The translations under genes were made by a program, and so were the position numbers. DNA of 64,000 nucleotides, taken from positions 128,001-192,000 of the forward strand of contig JALNJZ010000002.1 of assembly GCA_023261845.1 (NCBI GenBank), read 5' to 3'. This document shows, piece after piece, positions 21,457 to 30,417 of this stretch; positions within the stretch are counted from its first letter, which is position 1, and every line of letters begins with the position of its first letter. This DNA is from Candidatus Terraquivivens tengchongensis (lineage in GTDB: Archaea > Thermoproteota > Nitrososphaeria_A > Caldarchaeales > Wolframiiraptoraceae). Below the pieces are notes generated by a model. That model saw only the letters and a list, made by a program, of their open reading frames with translations. It made no database searches and was not told the DNA's origin.

Positions 21457-22245
21457 CTGAACTCTGATAAAATTGAGAAAAAGCTCAGGAGAAAAGAATT
21501 CAAGGCAGATAGGGAACAAAGATATCTGCATAAAAGGTCAGAACTTGATGAGGTTCTGGAAGAGGTTTTTGATAGACTTACGCTCATGACGATTTATGAT
21601 TTGATGAATGCCGGCGCGCTGTTAGAGTTTTATGGTGTAATTAGCGCTGGAAAGGAGTCGAGGATATATCTAGCAAAAGGTCCTGAGGGTTTCATAGCCG
21701 TAAAGATCTACCTGATAACTAGCGCGGAGTTCAAGAAAACTAGGATGACTTACGTGGCACATGACCCGAGGTTTAAAAGAATTCCGAGCGACTTTAGGGA
21801 CTTCATTTATCTTTGGGCAAAGCGCGAATTTGGAAACTTGAAAAAAGCATATGAGGCTGAGGTTCCAGTACCTAAACCATACTTCGTGGAAAATAACGTT
21901 CTGGGCATGCAATTTCTAGGAAAGAACGGAACAAGGTATCCAACATTGGAAGAGGTTGAATTGGAGCCTAACGATTATGAGAAGATTTATCCGCTGATTC
22001 TTGAGAATATGAAAAAGCTTTACCAAAAAGCAGACCTGATACATGCAGATATGAGCCAATATAACGTATTTGTTACGGATACCTTATCGATCTACTTCAT
22101 AGATTTGTCCCAGGCGGTCCACACTTCGCACCCCTTAGCCGAAGTGTTTTTGGAAAGAGATGTAAAGAACATCACAAAATTTTTCGAGAAAAAAGGGATT
22201 AATGTCAAACCTCCAGAAGAGGTCATTAAGTGGATAAAATCCTAA
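21457..22245 (+). CDS. rio1: RIO1-family serine kinase (start probably upstream of 21586, possibly CTG 21457)
   Basis: EEVFD in the upstream in-frame extension, ISAGKES, AVKIY, WAKREFGNL, LIHADMSQYN, FIDLSQAV. Confidence 0.9.
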   Translation: MNSDKIEKKLRRKEFKADREQRYLHKRSELDEVLEEVFDRLTLMTIYDLMNAGALLEFYGVISAGKESRIYLAKGPEGFIAVKIYLITSAEFKKTRMTYVAHDPRFKRIPSDFRDFIYLWAKREFGNLKKAYEAEVPVPKPYFVENNVLGMQFLGKNGTRYPTLEEVELEPNDYEKIYPLILENMKKLYQKADLIHADMSQYNVFVTDTLSIYFIDLSQAVHTSHPLAEVFLERDVKNITKFFEKKGINVKPPEEVIKWIKS

Positions 22246-22250
22246 AACCT

Positions 22251-23813
22251 TTACGTAAAGCTTTCCTGTTCTTCTAATTTTATCTTTTCCATAATGTCAG
22301 GGGTCACGCCCATCTTTTTCAGAAGCTTCGTAACGTCTGGAGGCTCCTTCCTATCTATGAGCTCTGCTGAAAATTTTGCTATCTTTGGAAGGTATTTAGC
22401 GTATATGCTCAACCTCTTTATTGCGACGGTACGTTTCTCAACTTTTATTAGATAACGCTTAAGCTCTCTGGCACATTCCCTTATTGCGATTATAAGCTCG
22501 CGCTCAATTTCCGGTCTATCGGCTATTGCCTCCTTGCCTACGGTCTTGTAAGGAATTTTCAGAGAACATATATGCGTGACAACAACAAGTGGTGCAACTT
22601 TTGGGACATTATAATTATTCCAATCAATTCTTTCAGATACTACTTTCCATACAACGTCAGCTCTTTCATCGTAGAGGAGCGGTATTTTATTCGCAAACCT
22701 GTATATTTGTATATTCTCGCTTGGCGGTATCTTGCCACCATATGCTATTGCAACTTCTACTATGAACGGAAAGCCAGAATAGGACTGTGGTGGTCTTTGG
22801 ACAACGTAGAGGAACTCCGGCATCAGTATTGCCCTAATGCCCGCCTCAAGCAAATCCTTGCCTATTGGACTGAGGGGGGTCGGGTCTGGTGCCCTGAACT
22901 TTTTATACCTTTTGATGGCCTCTACGAGCGCAGTAAGCTGATCATGATTTAATTCCTTTGGGTTTGCTGTGTGCGCGAGGCCAGCCAGCTCTAGAACTTC
23001 TCTTGCAGTTTTAGGGCCAACGCGCTGGAAGCTGGACGTCAAAAAGGATAAAAGAGTTTCAGACTTTGTTGCGGATATCAGCCGCTTCATGGTTTCTACA
23101 TCAACTCCTACTGGATGCGGTAGCGCCTCTTTTGGAGGTTCTGGTACCTTTTCGGCAACCCTTGGGAAGTAGTATAACCTGCCCTTAGGGTCGATGAACG
23201 TCAACGAAGCATTCGGGTTTGCAATGGCAGTATTTCTGAAGTACTCGACTATCTTCGCCTTGCTATTGGTGTAATCCGTCTCGAGATAATAATCTATTAT
23301 CGTGCCCCTCCAATTATCGTTATTTTTATGAACTTTATGATCGAGCACTATAGGTTTATTCTCAACGATGTCAATTCTCAAAACGAACTCATGTATGTCC
23401 CCATCTTTACAGGATATAACAGTCACTGGTCTGTTGGTTGTAATTTGGCCGTACAATAACGCCATTGTACCACCAAGCCCAAAAGTTCCACGCGATTGAC
23501 GGTATCCGTACTTGCTTCCGTAAAATACGGTTGCAAAGGCGTGTGGTATGTGTTCCGCATCAACACCTATCCCGTTATCTTTAACCCTCAACCTGAAAAT
23601 TTTAACGTCTTCAGAGCTGCCCTCACCCACCTCTTGTAGCTCAACGATTACCTCAGGTAAAATCCTTCCTACTTCACAGGCATCAAGCGAATTTTCTACG
23701 AGTTCTCTGATTGATGTATAAAGAGAACGGCTAGGATTTGTGAATCCAGCAATATCTCTATTACGGTAAAAGAAATCAGCGGGCGATATTTTCTCGAATT
23801 TTACCTCTGCCAA
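22251..23813 (-). CDS. top6B: DNA topoisomerase VI subunit B
   Basis: SPADFFYRN, RELVENSLDA, DNGIG, QSRGTFGLG (GHKL ATPase), RFANKIPLLY; TTG start after GGTGA. Confidence 0.95.
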   Translation of the reverse strand: MAEVKFEKISPADFFYRNRDIAGFTNPSRSLYTSIRELVENSLDACEVGRILPEVIVELQEVGEGSSEDVKIFRLRVKDNGIGVDAEHIPHAFATVFYGSKYGYRQSRGTFGLGGTMALLYGQITTNRPVTVISCKDGDIHEFVLRIDIVENKPIVLDHKVHKNNDNWRGTIIDYYLETDYTNSKAKIVEYFRNTAIANPNASLTFIDPKGRLYYFPRVAEKVPEPPKEALPHPVGVDVETMKRLISATKSETLLSFLTSSFQRVGPKTAREVLELAGLAHTANPKELNHDQLTALVEAIKRYKKFRAPDPTPLSPIGKDLLEAGIRAILMPEFLYVVQRPPQSYSGFPFIVEVAIAYGGKIPPSENIQIYRFANKIPLLYDERADVVWKVVSERIDWNNYNVPKVAPLVVVTHICSLKIPYKTVGKEAIADRPEIERELIIAIRECARELKRYLIKVEKRTVAIKRLSIYAKYLPKIAKFSAELIDRKEPPDVTKLLKKMGVTPDIMEKIKLEEQESFT

Positions 23814-23909
23814 TTTTATCACCGTTCTTGGATTTGTATCACGAATATTGTTATAGACTGCTACGCAATTTGTGCACAGCGCCTATTTTATCTTTCCCTA
23901 GGAATAACC

Positions 23910-24506
23910 CTATAGTTTAAATCCAGGCATAAACTTCCCCGCTTTTCTCTTCCGGGCATATTCGTCAAGCATCTTATATGCCACGCTGTGCGGTGAGCCG
24001 GTTATCAGCCTTATCACGGCCTCTTTAGCAGCTTCAACATCCTGAGGATCTCCTATTATCGCTACTGTATCTCCGTATATTGACACTAATGCGTGAGCAT
24101 TTTCTTCGATTATTTTTCTCGTCTTTCCTTCAGTTCCTATAAGTCTGGCCCTAACCCTAACCAGGTCATTCACATTCTTGCCGATGAAATCTTCTAAATG
24201 CACGATGTCTAGCACCACATTATCTTCAAAAAGTTTGAATGCCCTTTCTGGTGAAAAGCCTCTTCCTATTGCAACTACAACGTCACGGGCTTTAAACATG
24301 GCTGCCGGATCTCCTCCTTCGTTTGGGGACTTCGCAAGTTCTATTGATACGACACCATATTTGCTATCAATCGTGAGCTTCACGCCTAGCTTTTCCTCTA
24401 TTGTCTTCTTCACAGAACCGTTAACTCCTATCAGTACGCCTATTCGGTCTTTAGGTATGGTTACCGTAAGGATTCCATGCTTCAATTCTGAATTATCGGA
24501 ATACAT
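23910..24506 (-). CDS. KH-domain rRNA-processing protein (Pno1/Dim2 family)
   Basis: IPKDRIGVLIG, AIGRGFSPERA, RLIGTEGKTR, GSPHSVAY. Confidence 0.9.
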   Translation of the reverse strand: MYSDNSELKHGILTVTIPKDRIGVLIGVNGSVKKTIEEKLGVKLTIDSKYGVVSIELAKSPNEGGDPAAMFKARDVVVAIGRGFSPERAFKLFEDNVVLDIVHLEDFIGKNVNDLVRVRARLIGTEGKTRKIIEENAHALVSIYGDTVAIIGDPQDVEAAKEAVIRLITGSPHSVAYKMLDEYARKRKAGKFMPGFKL

Positions 24507-24559
24507 TCCGTCATGTTTCCAAGAAATTTAGTATTATATAAACAACAACTTGATTTCCT

Positions 24560-25318
24560 TCAGAAAACGACTTCTGAAGGAAATACGGTTATTCCGTTTT
24601 GTGTTATCTTAAACGGCCTAGGTTGTATGTCATGGTTCACACCTCTCATTTTCTCAATCATTAAAACATAAATGACGCCGCCGACTCTAATAAACCTCTG
24701 TAAAAGTATTACACCATGAGCGACATATTCTTCGATCTGATACTTCCTCTCAATTGACGATTGTGCAAGTTCCGAAATCACCAGTGTCGTGCACTCAAGT
24801 GGAGCGATACCCTGGATTAAGTTAAGTATGCTCTCTCTCCTTTCCACTTCGTCTGGATATTGTAATATGAATGTCGAGAGGGAATCTATAACGAGTCTTT
24901 TAGCATTTACCCTTCTGCATTCCTTTTTTATCTTTTCTATCAAAGATATGAGTTGGAATTCTTTGCTTCCAATCGGTACCTCACCCATCTTGATACTCTT
25001 CGATATGAAACGTACTGGCGAAGCATCAATTATAGCAATTTTACCCTCTCTCTCCAATTTATCTAAATCCCAACCAAACCTCAGCATGTTAGACTTAATC
25101 ATTTCAGGATCTTCTTCAAGAAGCACTAAGACACCATTTTCACCAAATTTAACGGCACCGTTATAAAGGAACTGGACACCAAGTGTCGTCTTACCACAAC
25201 CCGGTGAACCAAGGACTAGCACCATGTATCCTTTTGGTATGCCCTGCCCTTCCAACATAGCATCGATGCCATCTATACCTGTACGGGTGTATGCTCGCAA
25301 ACTAATCACCATATACAT
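24560..25318 (-). CDS. Single-domain KaiC/RAD55-like RecA-superfamily ATPase
   Basis: Walker A GSPGCGKT, LEE, Walker B RLVIDS, IEKMRG. Confidence 0.9.
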   Translation of the reverse strand: MYMVISLRAYTRTGIDGIDAMLEGQGIPKGYMVLVLGSPGCGKTTLGVQFLYNGAVKFGENGVLVLLEEDPEMIKSNMLRFGWDLDKLEREGKIAIIDASPVRFISKSIKMGEVPIGSKEFQLISLIEKIKKECRRVNAKRLVIDSLSTFILQYPDEVERRESILNLIQGIAPLECTTLVISELAQSSIERKYQIEEYVAHGVILLQRFIRVGGVIYVLMIEKMRGVNHDIQPRPFKITQNGITVFPSEVVF

Positions 25319-25424
25319 ATAAAAGTTATTTTTAAATTTAGCTATTTAACACTACCTCCGCCTAGTCTTTCTTGTGGGCGCTTTTCACACTCATCAATAT
25401 GTTCCTTCTCAAATGGGTACATCT

Positions 25425-25595
25425 CTACCCCTTCGGACGACCCTCAAGCTCTTTTAATGCATCCGAATTGTCCACTTCAATCACCACTGGCCCGATGTAG
25501 TCACACGAAGAGCACTGATACAACATTCCTGCATATCCGCCCAAGTATAAATTAATCCTATCGCTTTTGCAGATAGGGCATATTAGGGTTTTCAT
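25425..25595 (-). CDS. Small zinc-ribbon protein (56 aa; below ORF-track cut-off)
   Basis: Manual translation MKTLICPICKSDRINLYLGGYAGMLYQCSSCDYIGPVVIEVDNSDALKELEGRPKG*; two CxxC pairs; starts 3 bp after the Lrp stop with GAGGAG upstream. Confidence 0.75.
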   Translation of the reverse strand: MKTLICPICKSDRINLYLGGYAGMLYQCSSCDYIGPVVIEVDNSDALKELEGRPKG

Positions 25596-25598
25596 ACA

Positions 25599-26042
25599 TC
25601 AGAACTCCTCTTTGATCGTAAGAAATGATGCGCATGTCATGCTCTTCCCAACACCTTCAATAGCCCTGAGCTTGTCTATAACGAGCTCGCCTATCGATTG
25701 TATTGACTCCCCTCTTACCTTCAAAAGTATGTCCCACTCACCGGATATCAGATGAACCTCATGAACGTCGGGCAGTGTTGCTATATATTCACCAAGCTTT
25801 TTTTGAGAAATGTTCGCTCCTGGAAGAAAGGATATTAACACGAACGCCGTCGCTGGCTTGCCGAGCTTCGAGTAATCCGGCATTATGGTGAATTTTTTAA
25901 TTATCCCTTTACTCCTTAGCTTCTTTATCCTCTCCTGAACAGTCGTCCTCGGCATGTTGAGCTTCATTGCAAGCTCCGAGACGCTCTGGCTTGCATCCTC
26001 AATAAGCTCATTTAATATCTTCCAATCTTTTTCGTCCATCAT
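25599..26042 (-). CDS. Lrp/AsnC-family transcriptional regulator
   Basis: MDEKDWKILNEL..SELAMKLNMPRTTVQERIKKL..GII; VHLISGEWDILLKV RAM domain. Confidence 0.93.
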   Translation of the reverse strand: MMDEKDWKILNELIEDASQSVSELAMKLNMPRTTVQERIKKLRSKGIIKKFTIMPDYSKLGKPATAFVLISFLPGANISQKKLGEYIATLPDVHEVHLISGEWDILLKVRGESIQSIGELVIDKLRAIEGVGKSMTCASFLTIKEEF

Positions 26043-26130
26043 GTCATTATAAAATAATGTTAACGGTTGCTTTTGGTTCTTACTCTTATGATGTTTATTC
26101 GTTAAGAACTGAATTAAAAGTAAAGGAAGT

Positions 26131-26946
26131 TTAGCTGACGCTGGAGGCCTGTGCCTCCTTCCAGATAAGTATTATTGCATACTCTCTAGGTATGCCCTTA
26201 GACTGCATAATGGTCTCTATATTCCTCTGCAAGGATTCATCAACCCTTGGGCCAAACTTCGCTCCATGCTCTTCTTTTAACTCTTCGTAGAGTTTGTCAG
26301 CAAGCTCGGTGTACGTTGTTAAAGAATAAATTTTTTTCGGCAACTCAGAAATCGTTCTAGCCATTTCTTCCAGTTCTCTAATCTTCTTTTTCTTCTCAGA
26401 AAGTTCTTGCCTAAGGATTGTGACCTTTGCCTCTAAGCTTGCTTTAAGCTCTTGAGGCACGGACACGTTCGAGCTTTCCTTATATTTCAGCGTATCTAAC
26501 TCAACGATCGAGATACATAATTCCGTCTCAATATTCGAAAATTCAGTCTCCAATTTGCTCTTAGCCGCATTAATTTTTTCAACTAAAGACGCCGACTCAC
26601 CAACTATTTGCTCCCTCATCGCGTTCCATCTTGCCAAAACCTCTCTAATGGTTGCAATACTGATGTCCTGTTCCAGAAGCATCTTTTGGAATATTTGCTC
26701 CCGTATCTTTACTTCTTGTATCTTTGACATGAGAGCGTCATACCTATCAAAAGCTTCTTTAACTATTGAAACCTCAAGGTCCTTAGGTGGTACGATACTC
26801 TCAGGTGGTTTTTCTTGCAACTTTGCTTCTGTTTCTATAGTGCTTACTTCAGGCTCTAGCTGAGGAACTTCCTCTACTATGTCCTTCGGCATTTTTTCTT
26901 CTTTAAACTTTATAACTATCTTTTTTGGCATTATAGAACCTCCCAA
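26131..26946 (-). CDS. Coiled-coil protein directly downstream of the JAMM gene (possibly CdvA-like)
   Basis: Long heptad-rich helical region after an acidic/Pro-rich linker; 35 bp downstream of the JAMM gene on the same strand. Confidence 0.65.
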   Translation of the reverse strand: MGGSIMPKKIVIKFKEEKMPKDIVEEVPQLEPEVSTIETEAKLQEKPPESIVPPKDLEVSIVKEAFDRYDALMSKIQEVKIREQIFQKMLLEQDISIATIREVLARWNAMREQIVGESASLVEKINAAKSKLETEFSNIETELCISIVELDTLKYKESSNVSVPQELKASLEAKVTILRQELSEKKKKIRELEEMARTISELPKKIYSLTTYTELADKLYEELKEEHGAKFGPRVDESLQRNIETIMQSKGIPREYAIILIWKEAQASSVS

Positions 26947-26981
26947 TCAAATCCCAGTTTTTTAAGAATCCACATATAATT

Positions 26982-27611
26982 TCATCCCTTCTTATTTGGT
27001 AGAAGTTTCTTGGTTTTGCTAAAAAACTTTACTATAGAGTCAATATCAAGCATTTTGGTGGTGCTGCCCTTCGCATCTTCGTTAGTAGCGGGTTTTTTGG
27101 GAATCAAATCAATCATTTGGAGACCGATTAGTGTGCTTTCAAGGACTTTATGCCGCTGTAAACCGAGTGTGAACCTTACGGGCACAACTTTTTCATTTTT
27201 ATCTATTCTAAATACGCCGATCTTGAGGTCCGAAACTTTCCAGCTGGCACTAAATTGCACAGGGTCTATGACCAACGCTATGGCCTTAGGAAACATAGCC
27301 TGGTAGGCTTTTTGTGTCTCAATATCTATGGGTGACATAAAGACGTTTAAACCGGGATGCGAATGGTACCAGCCAACTATATACAGGTCTGGAATATTCT
27401 CTACCAAGACTTCGGCAACCAGGGCCATAACGCTCTCCTCAAGCTTAACGTATGCGGGTGAGCTTTGTTGAAGACCCGTAACAGCATCCCAGACTTCAAC
27501 AACGTCCGATACGACTTTTCCTACCATTAACCCTGCGACTTCTTGATTAAGGTTGCTAATGGAGTGATGAAGTATCTTACCAAGAGCTAAGGGATAAATA
27601 CGTGCCCTCAT
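26982..27611 (-). CDS. rpn11: Rpn11-like JAMM/MPN+ deubiquitinase / pro-ubiquitin maturase
   Basis: EVAGLMVG, VGWYHSHPGLNVFMSPIDIETQ (E..HSH..S..D), ALVIDP; divergent from ubiquitin. Confidence 0.92.
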   Translation of the reverse strand: MRARIYPLALGKILHHSISNLNQEVAGLMVGKVVSDVVEVWDAVTGLQQSSPAYVKLEESVMALVAEVLVENIPDLYIVGWYHSHPGLNVFMSPIDIETQKAYQAMFPKAIALVIDPVQFSASWKVSDLKIGVFRIDKNEKVVPVRFTLGLQRHKVLESTLIGLQMIDLIPKKPATNEDAKGSTTKMLDIDSIVKFFSKTKKLLPNKKG

Positions 27612-27805
27612 GGAACCTGCATATTAATGCTTAACCATATTAATTAACGTTTGAAACGACCAATGAGGTTGCCAAATAGCCCTTAGCGTAATGCGCCCAA
27701 AATATATGGGAATTCCCGGCGTTGTTTGCACGTAACCCCCAATCGCTTTAAAAAGTTAATACTTAAATACGTTACAAGTAAAGTGCCGATGGGGGTTAAC
27801 GACTT

Positions 27806-28087
27806 ATGAAAATCAAAGTTATACCTGCGGTTGGTGGCGGTAGCCCTCTAGAATTGGAGGTATCACCAAACGCAACAATAGGGGCAGTTAAGGCGAAAAT
27901 TTGCGCGATTAAGAAACTTCCACCAGACACCACGTACCTAACCTACAAGGGTAGGGCCTTAAAAGAAACGGAAACACTCGCAAACATAGGCATATCAGAA
28001 GGCGACAAATTGGTCATCATAACGAGAACAGTGGGGGGTGACGCTTCTGGAGACCTACTCAGAATTACCCGAACCTCTGTGGAATAA
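27806..28087 (+). CDS. Eukaryote-like ubiquitin precursor (78-aa mature Ub ending TVGG plus 15-aa propeptide)
   Basis: Beta-grasp pattern LELEVSPNATIGAVKAKI..LTYKGRALKETETLANIGISEGDKLVIITRTVGG; very similar, from recall, to Caldiarchaeum ubiquitin. Confidence 0.95.
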   Translation: MKIKVIPAVGGGSPLELEVSPNATIGAVKAKICAIKKLPPDTTYLTYKGRALKETETLANIGISEGDKLVIITRTVGGDASGDLLRITRTSVE

Positions 28088-28553
28088 AAGACTGGCCGTA
28101 GAGTATAGGTTAATGCAGGAGCGTGACCCTCCGTTATTCGATATAGTTGATGGTGATCTGACACACTATACGGGCGTGATAGTAGGCTCCGGATACTACG
28201 AGGGTGGGTACTTTAAGGTAGAGATAAAAATACCAAGGGCATACCCATACGTGCCGCCTGATGTTGTCTGGCATACAAGGATATGGCATCCCAATTTCAC
28301 AGACGAAGTCCCTGCTAGGATATGCGAATCCATTTTCAAAGATGATTGGAGACCTGGATTGTACCTCGTGAACATCATCGAAGCTCTCCAAAATCTGTTA
28401 GCCAACCCAAACCCGGATGATCCGCTCAATTCGATAGCCGCTTATGAAATGAAGTATAGACCTGATGTTTTTTTAAATAGGGTTAGGTACTACATACAGT
28501 TATACGCAACCCCAGAAAAGCTCTTTGAGAAAAAGTTAAAGTGGCGAATATAG
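28038..28553 (+). CDS. Ubiquitin-conjugating enzyme E2
   Basis: GYYEGGYFKVEIKIPRAYPYVPP, WHPNF..RICESIFKDDWRP (HPN plus catalytic Cys), LLANPNPDDPLN. Confidence 0.95.
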   Translation: MTLLETYSELPEPLWNKRLAVEYRLMQERDPPLFDIVDGDLTHYTGVIVGSGYYEGGYFKVEIKIPRAYPYVPPDVVWHTRIWHPNFTDEVPARICESIFKDDWRPGLYLVNIIEALQNLLANPNPDDPLNSIAAYEMKYRPDVFLNRVRYYIQLYATPEKLFEKKLKWRI

Positions 28554-28713
28554 CTAAAATTTCGTTTTCCACAATCTCGTGGAGCGTAAGATACAGGAGA
28601 GTAGAATTCCTAAAATACATCTACAATGGATATGCACTAAAAGGGTTTACAAGACCCTATTCTAGAGGATAATAAACATTATTATATCGTTTTAGCAGAC
28701 TTTCGAGCTGTAA

Positions 28714-29901
28714 ATGGAGCCGTATCTGCTGGAAAGATATGATAGACAGATAAGAATCAGCGGATGGGATCAGTGGAAAGTATCGAACTCAACGGTCTTA
28801 ATAGCAGGCGTAGGCGCAACGGGTTGCGAGTTAGCAAAGAACCTTTGCCTTGCAGGAATAGGTAAGCTGATCTTAGTTGACAACGATGTGATCGAGCTCT
28901 CGAACCTTAACCGCCAAATGCTTTTTGACGATTCTGATATAGGTTCACCGAAAGCTATAATTGCCAAAGAGAAGCTCCAGAAGATAAACCCCTATGTTAA
29001 GGTTGATGCTTACTATGAGGACATAAGAAAGTTTGACGAATCTATGTTAAAGAACGTGGATGTGTTTTGTTCTTGTCTAGACAACTGGGCAACGAGAAGG
29101 TGGCTCAACTCGCTTGCCGTCGAGCTTAAGAAACCACTCGTGGATACAGCGATCGAAGGTCTTTATGGGAATGTACAGGTTGTAATACCAGGAGAAACCG
29201 CATGTCTTGAATGTCATGGTGATGCCTTAATCCCTAAGGACACACAATTGGCTGAATGTACACTTAGAAGGCGTAAGCCAGAGGACTTGGCTGAGGACTT
29301 AAGGAAAAACAAAATCGAGATGCCCTTTGAACTTGTTAAAGAGCTGTTCTCTATGGGTATAAAAACGATTTATGACCTGAAATATACGCCAATAGAAAGG
29401 TTTCAAAAAGAAGGTAGTAAGATTTCCGAGGAGATACTCAGGATAAGGGATCTTCTAAAGCCCAAGCTACCGGCAATTCAAGGAGGAGCATCGGTCATAG
29501 CAGGTGTGGCATCTTTAGAGGTACTGAAAATAATACATGGTGGAAGCATTGGAAAGGTAGCGAAGCACCTAATAGTCTACGATGGCGTATCACAAAGGTT
29601 AACTAAGGTCACTCTAAAAAGAAGAGAAGACTGCTTTGTTTGTGGCGATATTATGCAAGGAAAACCAATCGAGATAACGGTTAGTCCTGACGACTATATA
29701 TGGAACTTAAAGGAAAAGATAAGTACGTTATTCAGCATACCAGATCCCGAAATCCAGTATAAAAAGTGGATATTAAAAGACGAACAAAAGTTATCGGAGA
29801 TAAACATTAAAAGCGACGACATACTATATATCCACACGAGTAGGCGGTACGTGCCAATACCCATAAAGGTGAGCCTTATTGAAAATAGTAGTGGGACATG
29901 A
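28714..29901 (+). CDS. Ubiquitin-activating enzyme E1 (ThiF/MoeB adenylation domain, Cys domain, C-terminal ubiquitin-fold domain)
   Basis: RYDRQI, GVGATG, DNDVIELSNLNRQ, Zn CLEC/CFVC, putative catalytic ECTL, C-terminal Ub-like ITVSPDDYIWNLKEKI..LKDEQKLSEINIKSDDILYI. Confidence 0.93.
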   Translation: MEPYLLERYDRQIRISGWDQWKVSNSTVLIAGVGATGCELAKNLCLAGIGKLILVDNDVIELSNLNRQMLFDDSDIGSPKAIIAKEKLQKINPYVKVDAYYEDIRKFDESMLKNVDVFCSCLDNWATRRWLNSLAVELKKPLVDTAIEGLYGNVQVVIPGETACLECHGDALIPKDTQLAECTLRRRKPEDLAEDLRKNKIEMPFELVKELFSMGIKTIYDLKYTPIERFQKEGSKISEEILRIRDLLKPKLPAIQGGASVIAGVASLEVLKIIHGGSIGKVAKHLIVYDGVSQRLTKVTLKRREDCFVCGDIMQGKPIEITVSPDDYIWNLKEKISTLFSIPDPEIQYKKWILKDEQKLSEINIKSDDILYIHTSRRYVPIPIKVSLIENSSGT

Positions 29902-29908
29902 GGTTTGT

Positions 29909-30109
29909 GTGGGCAAGTGGATCTGGACAAAGGTTAAGACTGTGAATAGGGTGTGCCCGGTTTGCACTTCCGAAATTGATGAAGGTGCGGCTACAACAAC
30001 GTGCCCCCATTGTGGTTCCGTGGGTCATAAGGCGTGTTTTGATAGTTGGTTAAGTATAAGGAATGCGTGCCCGATATGTAAGAGACCAGTATTGGAGATG
30101 GTGTTATGA
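29909..30109 (+). CDS. Small RING finger protein (E3 ligase)
   Basis: CPVC-x12-CPHC-x4-H-x2-C-x3-W-x6-CPIC; likely GTG start 29909 after GAGGT. Confidence 0.9.
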   Translation: MGKWIWTKVKTVNRVCPVCTSEIDEGAATTTCPHCGSVGHKACFDSWLSIRNACPICKRPVLEMVL

Positions 30110-30417
30110 GCGAGGAAGAAGAGTTTGTAATAGATCTCGAGTATGTCGATACGCCTAGCGGAAAAGTGGCATCACTCAACACCGTCAAGAAATTGGCTGA
30201 AGCAATTTCTATAGTTCACGAAGAAGCTGAAAAACTATCAACCAAAGTCCTTTCTCTCGAAAGTAAAATACCTGGTGCTGATTTATTAAATAGGTTAGAG
30301 AGTAGGTTAGCGGCTTTGGAGAAGGGCCAAGATCAGATACTTGCACATATAGACTCGTTAATAGAGGCCTTTAACAGTCTCATAGAAACTTTAGAGAAAA
30401 CATTGAGAAAGGATTAA
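30106..30417 (+). CDS. Small coiled-coil protein, last gene of the Ub-E2-E1-RING run
   Basis: ATGA overlap with the RING stop; heptads LLNRLESRLAALEKGQDQILAHIDSLIEAFNSLIETL. Confidence 0.75.
   Translation: MSEEEEFVIDLEYVDTPSGKVASLNTVKKLAEAISIVHEEAEKLSTKVLSLESKIPGADLLNRLESRLAALEKGQDQILAHIDSLIEAFNSLIETLEKTLRKD

Noticed and set aside
26982-30109. Claiming the core Ub/E1/E2/RING/JAMM operon itself as new
   Set aside because: Already described and reconstituted for Ca. Caldiarchaeum subterraneum; only the accessory genes are flagged as potentially new
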